A DNA stretch of 64,000 bases from an uncultured Eubacteriales bacterium (GCA_934481515.1 CAKSPO010000005.1:165-64164), one strand, 5' to 3'; numbered from the stretch's first letter, positions 28,368 to 37,835 are shown. Numbers and translations are program-made. Notes: generated by a model from the letters alone, not told the origin.

Positions 28368-29093
28368 TCACGCTTTCGGCGATGCCCATGAAATGAGGTT
28401 GTCTGCAAACCGGAAGAGATCCGGCAGAAACCGATAAAACAGAAGCATGACCGCAACGGCAAGAACAACCGCGCCCAGGAAGAACAGCCAGGTGTTCCCC
28501 CGTATTTCGTACCGCACCTCTGCGCGATGCTTCAGCTCTTCCGGAATATAAAAACGGTCTTTGGTGAAATCCATCGGGTAGCGAGGCGGCTCTTTTGGCT
28601 TCCGCCTGCGATTTTCGGAGGAATTTTGTTCCGGTAAATTATCAGGTACCTGATTATTTGATTCGTTTTGTGACGAAACATATGCTTCTTCCTCCGGACA
28701 GCGAACCAGCTTGCGCAGATTCACGCCGCGGGACAGCTCCCGGCGCACCTGTGTGTTCCGGAATTCTCCGAGTTCGGAGAGCGTCATTGCTTTTTCCGGG
28801 GAAAGACAACCGTTTCGGATCAGTTTGCTGATAAACCTTCCCTGCTTTGTCCGGGAGTGTGCCACCGCCCCGCAGGCGATGACAAACCCGAGGAAAAAGG
28901 CGAAAATCGTGGTTTGCAGTGTGGAAGCCGCGTGATCGGATACGGTAAAATTGTCGTAATGATCAAAAGACAACGTAAAATAGTGTTCCGAAAAATAGGA
29001 CAGCAGATCATGAATCAGAGAGTCCCGGTACCAGTCCGAGATGGAATCCCAAACCGACAAAAATGCGGGTCGGGAGAAGAAAAAACGCAGCAT
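28368..29093 (-). CDS. Hypothetical membrane protein
   Basis: 241 aa; 2 clear TM segments separated by a charged region; 31 nt downstream of serS. Confidence 0.5.
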   Translation of the reverse strand: MLRFFFSRPAFLSVWDSISDWYRDSLIHDLLSYFSEHYFTLSFDHYDNFTVSDHAASTLQTTIFAFFLGFVIACGAVAHSRTKQGRFISKLIRNGCLSPEKAMTLSELGEFRNTQVRRELSRGVNLRKLVRCPEEEAYVSSQNESNNQVPDNLPEQNSSENRRRKPKEPPRYPMDFTKDRFYIPEELKHRAEVRYEIRGNTWLFFLGAVVLAVAVMLLFYRFLPDLFRFADNLISWASPKA

Positions 29094-29124
29094 GGTTTCC
29101 TCCTTTCGGATTTTCCGGAGGAGC

Positions 29125-30405
29125 TTATTTCTTAATAACGTCGATGCCGAGATACTTGCGCAGGACTTCCGGAACCGTAATACTTCCGTCTGCGTTCTGA
29201 TTTTGCTCTACCAGAGCCGGGAAAATACGGCTGGTAGCCAGACCGGAACCGTTGAGCGTGTGGAGAAACTCCGTTTTTCCGTTTTCCCGGCGGACGCGCA
29301 TCATGCCGCGGCGTGCCTGGTAGTCACGGGCGTTGGAAACGGAGGAAACCTCCTTGTAGCCGTTCATGGACGGAATGTTGATTTCAATGTCGTAGGTTCT
29401 TGCCATGGAGGCGGAGCAGTCCTCTGCCGCCAGCTTGACGGTGCGGAAATGGAATCCAAGTCCCTTGACCAGGTTTTCCGCGTTGGCAACCAGCTCTTCA
29501 AAGGCTTCGTCGCTCTTTTCGGGGAGCGTGTATTGTACCATTTCCACCTTGTTGAACTGATGACCGCGTACCATGCCGCGCTCGTCTGCACGGTAGGAGC
29601 CAGCCTCGCGACGGAAGCAAGGGGTATAACTGATATATTTTTTGGGAAGGTCTGCCTCGGTCAGAATTTCGTCGCGATGGAGCGAAACCAGTGCGGTTTC
29701 CGCCGTGGGGAGCATGAAGCGGCGGCGTTCATCCTCCGCTGTTTCCAACCAATAGACCTCGTCCTTGAATTTGGGGAACTGACCGGCAGTCAGACCGCAC
29801 TCATAGCCAAGCATGTGCGGCACCAGCATAAGCTGGTAATTGTTGCCAAGGTGAAAATCAATGAAGTAGTTGAGAATTGCCCATTCCAGACGGGCGCCGA
29901 TACCGGAATAGACCCAGAATCCGTTGCCGGAAAGCTTGGCGCCTCTTTTGTAGTCGATCAGACCGAGATCGGTGCACAGATCCACGTGGTTTTTCGGCTC
30001 GAAGTCGAATTTTCGCGGTTCTCCGAAGTAACGCAGGGGCTGGTTGTTTTCCTTGCCGCCCGGCAGAAGATCCGGATCGGGAAGGTTCGGCAGTCCAAGC
30101 ATAAAGGAGGTCAGCTGTGTCTCCACTTCCTTGAGCCGGTCATCGTCTGCCTTGATCTTTGCTCCGAGTTCTTTCATTTCCGCGAAGATAGTGGAGGTGT
30201 CCTTCCCCTCTTTCTTGTACTGCGGAATCAATTTGTTGGTCTTGTTCTGCTCCGCTTTGAGCTGCTCAACCTCTGTGATGATACTCCGGCGCTCTGCATC
30301 CAGGCGCAGAATGGCTGCGATGTCTTCCTTTGCGTCCTTTCCTTTTTTGGCAAGACGTGCGATAACCTCGTCCGGTTGTTCCTTGATATATTTGATGTCC
30401 AGCAT
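29125..30405 (-). CDS. serS: Seryl-tRNA synthetase
   Basis: ORF to 30459; start placed at MLDIKYIKEQPDEV (426 aa); coiled-coil arm and class II motifs FRREAGS.., GSGLATSRI. Confidence 0.95.
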   Translation of the reverse strand: MLDIKYIKEQPDEVIARLAKKGKDAKEDIAAILRLDAERRSIITEVEQLKAEQNKTNKLIPQYKKEGKDTSTIFAEMKELGAKIKADDDRLKEVETQLTSFMLGLPNLPDPDLLPGGKENNQPLRYFGEPRKFDFEPKNHVDLCTDLGLIDYKRGAKLSGNGFWVYSGIGARLEWAILNYFIDFHLGNNYQLMLVPHMLGYECGLTAGQFPKFKDEVYWLETAEDERRRFMLPTAETALVSLHRDEILTEADLPKKYISYTPCFRREAGSYRADERGMVRGHQFNKVEMVQYTLPEKSDEAFEELVANAENLVKGLGFHFRTVKLAAEDCSASMARTYDIEINIPSMNGYKEVSSVSNARDYQARRGMMRVRRENGKTEFLHTLNGSGLATSRIFPALVEQNQNADGSITVPEVLRKYLGIDVIKK

Positions 30406-30462
30406 AATAGATTCTCCTGTTTTAATATAATAATGATAGAAATATTCCCATCCGAACACGGT

Positions 30463-31362
30463 TTATTCGTTCTCGGAGAAGAAATCCGATCCGCAGATCG
30501 TTTTCAGAAGTTCTGCAAGGTCGTCGTCGTCGCTGTAAGTTAGCTCTACCACCTTTTTCTTGTTGGTCTTCAGAATCCGGACGCGGCGGCCGAGCGTTGA
30601 GACGGCGCGGTGCTCCAGATCCCGCATATATGCCTTTCTCTGTGTCAGCTCCGCGCGCTCCTCATCCTCTGCTTCTTCCGGTTCGTAGTTCATCAGGCGT
30701 ACGGTGCGCTCTACATCGCGCACGGAAAGTCCCTTTTCCACGGCTTTCTGCGCCAATGGCGACATCTGCTCCTTGTGGTTCAGACCGAGAAGCGCCCTGG
30801 CGTGCCCTGCCGAGAGATCTCCGCTACGTAAAAGTTCCAGAACCTCCTCCGGCAGATCCAGAAGCCGGAGGTTGTTTGTCACCGCAGAACGGCTTTTTCC
30901 GACCTGTTTCGCCACCTGGTCCTGTGTCAGTCCGAAGCGCTCAATCAGTGCGTCATATGCAAGCGCTTCTTCTACGGGATTCAAATCCTCCCGCTGGACG
31001 TTTTCGATTACGGCGACCTGTGCGGCTTTGAGGTCGTCTCCGACAAGAATTACCGCAGGAATTTCGCTGAGTCCCGCCATTTTTGCGGCTCTCCAGCGGC
31101 GCTCTCCGGCAATGATTTCGTAAGTGCCGGGCAAAGCGTCGCTTTCCCGTACGATAATCGGCTGTAAAACACCGAATTTCCCGATGGAATCGGCAAGCTG
31201 CTCTAAGGATTCGTGTGAAAAGGTCTTTCTCGGTTGGTCGCTGCGCGGTTCAATGTCTGAAATCCGCAGATTGACCGCCGCGCTGCCTTTGTCGCCGCCG
31301 AGGATGTTGTCGTCCAAAAGAGAATAGAAGTCTCTTCCGAGTCCGCTCCTTGATTTTGCCAT
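30463..31362 (-). CDS. parB: Chromosome partitioning protein ParB/Spo0J
   Basis: 299 aa; ParB box LQPIIVR, GERRWRAA, HTH LTQDQVAKQVGKSRSAVTN. Confidence 0.93.
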   Translation of the reverse strand: MAKSRSGLGRDFYSLLDDNILGGDKGSAAVNLRISDIEPRSDQPRKTFSHESLEQLADSIGKFGVLQPIIVRESDALPGTYEIIAGERRWRAAKMAGLSEIPAVILVGDDLKAAQVAVIENVQREDLNPVEEALAYDALIERFGLTQDQVAKQVGKSRSAVTNNLRLLDLPEEVLELLRSGDLSAGHARALLGLNHKEQMSPLAQKAVEKGLSVRDVERTVRLMNYEPEEAEDEERAELTQRKAYMRDLEHRAVSTLGRRVRILKTNKKKVVELTYSDDDDLAELLKTICGSDFFSENE

Positions 31363-31374
31363 AACTTACCCTCC

Positions 31375-32136
31375 TCAGATGCGTTCTGCCAGCTCTTTGG
31401 CGACGTTCATATATTCCGTAGCTCCTTTGGAGCGCTTGTCGTGGTAATAAACGGGGGCGCCGAAACCGGGTGCTTCCGAGACCTTGACATTTCTGGAGAT
31501 GGTGGTTTCGAAAAGCTTGTCCGAGTAATGCTTCCGAAGCTCGTTGAGCACCTGCATGGAAAGCACAAGACGATTGTTGTGCATGGTAATCAGAATTCCG
31601 GTGACATTTAGTTCCGGATTATAGTGCGTTTTGATGCGGGTAAAGGTGCGCATCAGTTGGGAAAGCCCTTCCAAGGCGAAAAATTCGCATTGCATCGGAA
31701 TCACCAGCCCGTCGCTTGCGGTCATGGCGTTGACTGTCAAAAGTCCAAGAGAAGGCGGGCAGTCGATGATGATGTAATCATAATGATCCTTGACTGCGGC
31801 AAGTTTGTTTTTCATGGTATATTCGCTGCTTTCGATATCCATCAGCTCAAATTCTGCTTTTGCAAGTGTAATCTGCGCGGGAATGACCGAAAGATTTTCG
31901 AAGCGCGTCTTGATTGTGACTTCGTCCGCGGAGGATTCGGCCGTCAGGAGATCAAAAGAGGTTTTTGTCAGGTTTTTTTTCATAATTCCGACGCCGCTGG
32001 TTGCATTTCCCTGCGGGTCAAGATCAATCAGAAGGACACGATAGCCCAAAACGCCAAGTGCGGCGGCAATATTGATGGCAGAGGTGGTTTTTCCGACACC
32101 GCCTTTTTGGTTTGCAAACGAAATGATTTTTCCCAT
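31375..32136 (-). CDS. parA: Chromosome partitioning ATPase ParA/Soj
   Basis: ORF to 32202; start placed at MGKIISFANQKGGVGKTT (deviant Walker A), 253 aa. Confidence 0.93.
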   Translation of the reverse strand: MGKIISFANQKGGVGKTTSAINIAAALGVLGYRVLLIDLDPQGNATSGVGIMKKNLTKTSFDLLTAESSADEVTIKTRFENLSVIPAQITLAKAEFELMDIESSEYTMKNKLAAVKDHYDYIIIDCPPSLGLLTVNAMTASDGLVIPMQCEFFALEGLSQLMRTFTRIKTHYNPELNVTGILITMHNNRLVLSMQVLNELRKHYSDKLFETTISRNVKVSEAPGFGAPVYYHDKRSKGATEYMNVAKELAERI

Positions 32137-32334
32137 AGTTTCATTCCTTTCCGATGAATTTTTTGCGAAACAATAATAGGATCCGCCGCCGTATTTGTAC
32201 AAGGACAGCAGAAACGAAAGCTACCTATATTATAGCACACTCTTTCTCTTATTGCAATGTCTGTGCCGAAGAAAATTGTTTCCTTCCTGTAAAAAATAAA
32301 ACATCGGCTTTGCGCTTGGAAACGGAAGAAGCAA

Positions 32335-32350
32335 TGTTTCACGTGAAACA
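32335..32350. promoter_or_regulatory. parS site (perfect palindromic consensus)
   Basis: TGTTTCACGTGAAACA. Confidence 0.85.
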
Positions 32351-32767
32351 TTCTCGGCGCACTTTGATGTACCGGAGAAAGCAGACACCGGATGTGGGTC
32401 TTTGAATAAAAATTTGCCTTCGCGTATTTGTTTGCCTGCTGAAACGCCCTCGAAATTGGACACCGACGGGCGCCGGAATGCCGATGAACGTTCCTCTGCC
32501 ATGACAATCTCACGAAAAGAATCGCAGTGGGAAGCCGACGGGAGCAGCTTTTCGGCAAGGCAGGAAAACGACGGGGCGTCGCTCTGCGAACCGAGAGCGA
32601 CGGAAGCGCCTGACAAAAAGGACGCAAATGGTTAGCGCGAAAATTCCGATATAAAATCGATCACAGTAAAGACGTGCTTTTTTGAGGCACCGCTTCAAGC
32701 TTTTTTCTTGCCGGCTTCCTCTCCTACCGATCCTTTTTACTGCGATGGTTCCGGGCGGCGAATGAAA

Positions 32768-32783
32768 CGTTTCACGTGAAACA
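32768..32783. promoter_or_regulatory. parS site (15/16)
   Basis: CGTTTCACGTGAAACA. Confidence 0.75.
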
Positions 32784-33255
32784 TCTTCCGGGCAGCGCTG
32801 TGCTTGGAGCGCGTGCAATAGAAATTGTTGCCTTCCGCTTGCCGAAAAAAAGCAACAAGCGGGCGAAGAGGCACGCCGATGAAGTGCAAATGACGGGTGT
32901 GTGTCGGGAGAGAAAAATTGATTGCAAGTGAGGAAGCAGGAACTGCGGTGAACGGGTGCCCTCGCAGGGCGCCGTTTGGCATCGGCGGATGTTGAGAAAG
33001 TTCCGATGGTACGGGTTTTGTAGTGGTTGGAATGGCTTTTAATGGGGACAGGCGTGAAAGGATCAAATGCCGCTTTGAGGGAGGATGGTTCGAACGGCTC
33101 GTAACTAAACCCATGCTTTTACCCTAGAACTGTCAAAACTGCAGGGGTGTTATTAGCCGTGCTTTTTACTTCTTGCGACTGCGCTTTTCTGAGAGGAGAA
33201 AAGCTGAAAAACCTGCTTTGAATGATTGCGAATCCGTAAAACCAAAACAGCACAA

Positions 33256-33271
33256 TGTTTCACGTGAAACA
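33256..33271. promoter_or_regulatory. parS site (perfect) embedded in a 44-bp perfect palindrome (33242-33285)
   Basis: ccaaaacagcacaaTGTTTCACGTGAAACAttgtgctgttttgg; 18 nt below the rsmG stop. Confidence 0.85.
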
Positions 33272-33302
33272 TTGTGCTGTTTTGGCAGTTTTTCAGGGGA
33301 GG

Positions 33303-34061
33303 TTAAAGAGGGTTCTTGAGAATGGCGGCGTATGCTCTCGGATAAATGCCGGGAGTGGCTTTTTTCTTTTGGACTTTCAGGATCGCCCGTGCCTCTGCTT
33401 CTTCGCCCGCGAAAAGGGTGTGAGGAAAAAGAGCCGGGGCAGCTCCTCCGAGAACGGAAGATGCATGAAGAGCTTCTTTTGCTTCCTCCTCTGCTTTTGC
33501 ACCCTTCATGGCGAGAAGTGCTCCGTCGATTTTCAGATAAGGAAGTGAAAGCTCGGCAAGAATGTTCAGTCTTGCGACGGCGCGACTGACAACAAAATCA
33601 AAGTTGCCGAGTTCTGTGCGGATCTTTGCGTCTTCCGCACGTCCGGAACAGGTGATCAGGTTGGAAAGCGAAAGCAAATCGGCGCATTCCTGCACAAAGC
33701 GAACCTTTTTGTCGGTGCTGTCTAATGCAATAAAACGGAGATCGCTCCTCATAATGGCAAGTGGAATAGAAGGAAATCCGGCGCCACAGCCAAGGTCAAG
33801 AATGCGGGCATTCTGAGGAAGATACGGAAGAAGCAGAAGAGAATCTGCATAATGTTTGGCGACAATGCCCGGAATTGTGCGGATGGCTGTTAAATTGGTG
33901 GTTCGGTTGACGGTGATTAAATGGTTTGTCAGGTGATAGAACTTCTCCGATTCCGCTTTTGTCGGCGCGGCAATTTTGTTTTGGGAAAACGTGTCGCGAA
34001 GGATTGCGTCGAAATCGAAAAAAGAACATTCCGGCGTTTCTTTTTGCGTTTCCTGTTTCAT
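33303..34061 (-). CDS. rsmG: 16S rRNA (guanine527-N7)-methyltransferase RsmG
   Basis: 252 aa; SAM motif ILDLGCGAGFPSIPLA; directly downstream of mnmG. Confidence 0.9.
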   Translation of the reverse strand: MKQETQKETPECSFFDFDAILRDTFSQNKIAAPTKAESEKFYHLTNHLITVNRTTNLTAIRTIPGIVAKHYADSLLLLPYLPQNARILDLGCGAGFPSIPLAIMRSDLRFIALDSTDKKVRFVQECADLLSLSNLITCSGRAEDAKIRTELGNFDFVVSRAVARLNILAELSLPYLKIDGALLAMKGAKAEEEAKEALHASSVLGGAAPALFPHTLFAGEEAEARAILKVQKKKATPGIYPRAYAAILKNPL

Positions 34062-34065
34062 GTGG

Positions 34066-35952
34066 TCACCTCATTCCGAGATAAATCAAGAGAACCGTAA
34101 TGTCGGCGGGGTTGACCCCGCTGATTCTGGAAGCCTGTCCGATGGTGCGGGGACGGATCTTTTCCAGCTTTTGTGCGGCTTCGATCCGCAGTCCGCGCAC
34201 GGAAGAATAGTCAATTCCTTCCGGAAGAGGACGTTCCTCCAGCTTTTGCTGATGCCGGATCTCGGAAAGCTGTTTTCCGGCGTATCCGGCGTATTTGATA
34301 TCGGTTTCGACGGTTTGCCGAACCCGGCCGGGAAGCGAGGGACGGGAAGGATCCAGAGGCGCAAGTGTGTCATAAGAAAGTGCCGGGCGGCGCAAGAGAT
34401 CGGCAAGAGAAGCGCCGGAGCGCAACGGCGTTTCCCCTTTTGCTTCCAGAAAGGAATTGGCGGCTTCCGGCGAAACAAAGGTGCGCTCCAAACGGGATTT
34501 TTCCTCTTCTTCCTGCTGTTTCTTTGCAAGGAATTTCTGATAGCGCTCTTCCGGGATCAAGCCCGCTTCGTAACCGATCGGCGTCAGGCGCAAATCCGCG
34601 TTGTCCTGGCGCAGAAGCAGACGGTATTCGGAGCGGGAGGTCATCATGCGATATGGCTCATTGGTGCCTTTCGTGACGAGATCATCGATCAGAGTTCCGA
34701 TATAGCTGCCGGATCTGGGAAGAACGATGCCGGGCTTTCCCTGTACCCGGCGGGCGGCGTTGATGCCTGCCAGAAGTCCCTGCGCCGCCGCTTCTTCATA
34801 ACCGGAGGTTCCGTTGAACTGTCCGGCGCCGAAAATGCCGCGCACCTCTTTGAATTCCAGGGTGGCATCCATTTGTGTCGGATCGGCACAGTCATATTCA
34901 ATGGCATAGGCATAGCGCATAATCTGCGCATGGGAAAAACCGGGGAGGGAATGCAGCATTTCGGTTTGCACATCGGTCGGAAGGGAAGTGGAGAAGCCCT
35001 GAAGATACATTTCTTCGGTGTCTTCCCCCAACGGCTCTACGAAGAGCTGATGCCGTTCCTTGTCGGCGAAGCGCACCAGCTTATCTTCAATGGAAGGGCA
35101 ATAGCGCGGTCCGGTGCCATGAATTTTCCCGGAATACATGGCGCTGCGATGAATATTTTGCAGAATAATTCGGTGGGTTTCGGAATTGGTGTAAACAATA
35201 TGGCACGGAATTTGTTTCAAATTTGTGAACATTTCTTCGGAATGTTCTGAACAATACGGGGTAATCTGTTTCTCACCGGGTTGAACTTCCAGATCGGAAA
35301 AGTCAATGCTTTCCCGCTTGACCCTTGCAGGGGTTCCGGTTTTGAAACGGCGCAACCGGATGCCTTGCTCAGACAGGGAAGCGGAAAGCCCCTTGGCGGG
35401 GAGGAAACCGTCCGGCCCTGCTCCGTAACTGATATCCCCCACGAAAACGGTGCTGTCAAGGTAGGTTCCGGTGGCAATGACTACGCAGCTGCAGTGCCAG
35501 ACCTCTCCGAGCCTGGTGGTAACAGACCGGACAAATTTTGCTGTTTTTCCGGAGGCTGGTTCAACAGGAGACTCCTCCGTTCCGATTTCAACGATTTCGG
35601 ATTGAACCAATCGCAGATGCTCCGTGCGTTCCAGCGTACGCTTCATAAGCGCCTGATATTTTTTTCGGTCCGCCTGTATTCTTTTGCTTTGTACTGCGGC
35701 ACCCTTCCCGGTATTCAGGGTACGGGACTGCAATGTTACCTCGTCGGCAGCGCGTCCCATTTCTCCTCCGAGTGCGTCGATTTCGAACACCAGGTGACCT
35801 TTTGCGGTTCCTCCGATGGAAGGATTGCAGGGCATATTTGCGATGGATTCAAAGGACATGGTGAAGAGAACGGTATCAATGCCCATGCGTGCGGAAGCGA
35901 GTGCCGCTTCAATTCCCGCGTGCCCGGCACCGATGACAGCGACTTGCGTCAT
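34066..35952 (-). CDS. mnmG: tRNA uridine 5-carboxymethylaminomethyl modification enzyme MnmG (GidA)
   Basis: ORF to 36114; start placed at MTQVAVIGAGHAGIEAAL (FAD GxGxxG), 628 aa; PCNPSIGG, GTGPRYCPSIE, GQFNGTSGYEEAA. Confidence 0.95.
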   Translation of the reverse strand: MTQVAVIGAGHAGIEAALASARMGIDTVLFTMSFESIANMPCNPSIGGTAKGHLVFEIDALGGEMGRAADEVTLQSRTLNTGKGAAVQSKRIQADRKKYQALMKRTLERTEHLRLVQSEIVEIGTEESPVEPASGKTAKFVRSVTTRLGEVWHCSCVVIATGTYLDSTVFVGDISYGAGPDGFLPAKGLSASLSEQGIRLRRFKTGTPARVKRESIDFSDLEVQPGEKQITPYCSEHSEEMFTNLKQIPCHIVYTNSETHRIILQNIHRSAMYSGKIHGTGPRYCPSIEDKLVRFADKERHQLFVEPLGEDTEEMYLQGFSTSLPTDVQTEMLHSLPGFSHAQIMRYAYAIEYDCADPTQMDATLEFKEVRGIFGAGQFNGTSGYEEAAAQGLLAGINAARRVQGKPGIVLPRSGSYIGTLIDDLVTKGTNEPYRMMTSRSEYRLLLRQDNADLRLTPIGYEAGLIPEERYQKFLAKKQQEEEEKSRLERTFVSPEAANSFLEAKGETPLRSGASLADLLRRPALSYDTLAPLDPSRPSLPGRVRQTVETDIKYAGYAGKQLSEIRHQQKLEERPLPEGIDYSSVRGLRIEAAQKLEKIRPRTIGQASRISGVNPADITVLLIYLGMR

Positions 35953-36150
35953 ACAGTCGGGAGCATCGGATACGGATGTCTGCGGAACGGTTCGGGTTTT
36001 CTGGTTCAATGAAAACAACTCCTTTTCGGAAGAAATGCCAAGTTGGCAGAAAGGCGAAACGAGACAAAAATTGCTGTTGCACGGGGCTGCAAATTGTCGG
36101 AGCATCTTGCGCAAAGCTCCTTTTGCATCGGAAAATCCGTCAATTCGGAA

Positions 36151-37392
36151 TCAGTCGATTTTGGCAAGGTAGGCTTTTTGTTCGTCGGTCAGGCGGTCGA
36201 TGGTGATACCGAGCGAGTGAAGCTTGATTTCCGCTACCTTATGGTCAATTTCCGTCGGAACGGCATAAACCTTTTTTTCAAGAGTCGCGCCGTGCTTGGC
36301 GAGGTATTCCAGACTTTTTGCCTGAATGCCGAAGGACATGTCCATGATTTCCGCCGGGTGTCCGTTGCCTGCGGCGAGATTGACCAGTCGCCCTTCTGCC
36401 AACAGGTTCAGCGTCCGCCCGTCCTCCATGCGGTAGCCGCGGATATTTGGCTTCCGGTCGCGGATTTCCACGGAAAGCGCCTGCAAGTCTTCCTTGTTGA
36501 TTTCCACGTCGAAGTGCCCGCTGTTGGCGAGTAGAACGCCGTCCTTCATCAGGGGAAAGTGCTTTTTGGTCAGTACGTCGGCGCATCCCGTAAGCGTTAC
36601 AAAAATATCGCCGATCTTTGCGGCTTCTTCCATCGGGAGAACCGTAAAGCCGTCCATGACCGCCTCAATTGCCTTGATCGGGTCGATCTCGGTCACCACG
36701 ACCACGGCACCCATGCCCTTGGCTCGCATGGCAAGCCCTTTTCCGCACCAGCCATAGCCTGCGATGACCATGGTTTTACCTGCGATGATCAGATTGGTTG
36801 CGTTCATGATGCCGTCCAGTGTAGACTGACCTGTACCGTAGCGGTTGTCAAACAGGTGCTTGCAGTCCGCATCGTTGACGTCGATCATGGTATAATCGAG
36901 AAGTCCTGCCGCTTCACGGGCGCGGAGACGGTGAATTCCGGTGGTGGTTTCCTCGCATCCGCCGATCAGATGAGCCCCGTATGCCCGGCATTCACCGTGG
37001 AGCAGGGAGATCAGATCTCCACCGTCGTCGATCAGCAGATCCGGTTTTGCTTCCAGTGTCCGGGTCAGATGCTCACGGTACTCTTCCTCGGAAGCGCCGT
37101 GCCGGGCAAAGACCGCAAAGCCGTCTCTCGCCAAAGCCGCGGCAACATCGTCCTGCGTGGACAGCGGGTTGCAACCGGTTACAAAGACCTCCGCACCGCC
37201 GGCGCGGAGCACCTTTGCAAGGTAGGCGGTCTTTGCTTCCAGATGAATGGACATGGCAATCTTTTTTCCACGGAAGGGAAGGCTTTTTTCAAAATCCCGC
37301 CGGATGGCGTTCAGGATGGGCATATAAGAGGCAACCCAGTCGATTTTATCTGCGCCGGAGGGGGCAAGCGAAAGATCCTTGATCTGACTCAT
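36151..37392 (-). CDS. ahcY: Adenosylhomocysteinase
   Basis: ORF to 37449; start placed at MSQIKDLSLA after AAGGAGA; motifs GCNPLSTQDDVAAAL, EETTTG, NAD site IAGYGWCGKG, GHFDVEI. Confidence 0.93.
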   Translation of the reverse strand: MSQIKDLSLAPSGADKIDWVASYMPILNAIRRDFEKSLPFRGKKIAMSIHLEAKTAYLAKVLRAGGAEVFVTGCNPLSTQDDVAAALARDGFAVFARHGASEEEYREHLTRTLEAKPDLLIDDGGDLISLLHGECRAYGAHLIGGCEETTTGIHRLRAREAAGLLDYTMIDVNDADCKHLFDNRYGTGQSTLDGIMNATNLIIAGKTMVIAGYGWCGKGLAMRAKGMGAVVVVTEIDPIKAIEAVMDGFTVLPMEEAAKIGDIFVTLTGCADVLTKKHFPLMKDGVLLANSGHFDVEINKEDLQALSVEIRDRKPNIRGYRMEDGRTLNLLAEGRLVNLAAGNGHPAEIMDMSFGIQAKSLEYLAKHGATLEKKVYAVPTEIDHKVAEIKLHSLGITIDRLTDEQKAYLAKID

Positions 37393-37560
37393 GGGGAAAT
37401 TTGTCTCCTTCATTGTTGTTTTTGATGTTGTGTGCAGGACAGGCTGCATCGGCGTTCGGTCGTCGGGGTGGTTTTACCGGCTGCTTTGAACGCCGGGAGC
37501 GGGATAACAAATGTTCAAAGTGTGTTTCCCGCCGGGATAATTGTGCGAATTTCTTAGGAG

Positions 37561-37584
37561 CGGGCGGGTAGACCCCGCCCCTAC
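37561..37584 (-). repeat. REP core, short form
   Basis: Reverse complement reads gtaggggcggggtctacccgcccg. Confidence 0.85.
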
Positions 37585-37593
37585 GAGAGAGAT

Positions 37594-37770
37594 GGTATTT
37601 TTTCGCCCGGCAGAAGCCGGGAGCGGAATGACAAATAGGATTTTTCGCCCGGTAGGAGCCGGAAACAGAATGAAAAACGGGATTTTTTCGCCCGGTAGGA
37701 GCCGGGAGCGGAATGTGTAAACGGAATTTTTCGTCCGGTAGAAGCCGGAAAAATATTGCAATGAAAAACA
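37594..37770 (+). repeat. Tandem 41-44-nt hairpin units x4 (boxB-like)
   Basis: Units start at 37594, 37638, 37679 and 37723: GG(T/A)ATTTTT(T)CGCCCGG(C/T)AG(A/G)AGCCGG(G/A)A..GAATG....AAA.; stem CCCGGC/GCCGGG or TCCGG/CCGGA. Confidence 0.8.
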
Positions 37771-37811
37771 ATTTTCCGGCGGTGCACGAACGTTCCGGTT
37801 TAACCAACCCG

Positions 37812-37835
37812 GTAGGGGCGGGGTCTGCCCGCCCG
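37812..37835 (+). repeat. REP core, short form
   Basis: gtaggggcggggtctgcccgcccg. Confidence 0.85.

Noticed and set aside
32028-33114. ORFs in the rsmG-parA gap (32028-32627, 32230-32616, 32510-32818, 32737-33114), considered as a possible decayed noc/parB paralogue
   Set aside because: No ParB/Noc motifs (GERRxRA, HTH) appear in any frame I read. The ORFs read through the parS palindromes (recurrent MFHVKH peptides). They are treated as non-coding pending a tblastx check.
33040-33240. Possible tRNA/tmRNA-like or SRP/RNase P RNA (GGTTCGAAC and GGAAGCAGG strings)
   Set aside because: No flanking acceptor or T-stem complementarity. No GGUCCGGAAGGAAGCAGC (SRP) or GGAAAGUCCGGGC (RNase P) cores. 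The resemblance is limited to 7-9 nt.
37393-37520. SAH riboswitch upstream of ahcY
   Set aside because: There is only a simple GGCGTTC...GAACGCC hairpin and the edge of repeat block R7. The SAH-element core (..GAGGAGCGCUGC..AGGCUCGG..) is absent.
37594-37770. Possible CRISPR array (regularly spaced short repeats)
   Set aside because: The period is only 40-44 nt, with about 30 nt conserved and about 8-12 nt variable. The repeats are imperfect. The arrays are dispersed as parts of a larger mosaic element. No cas genes are present.
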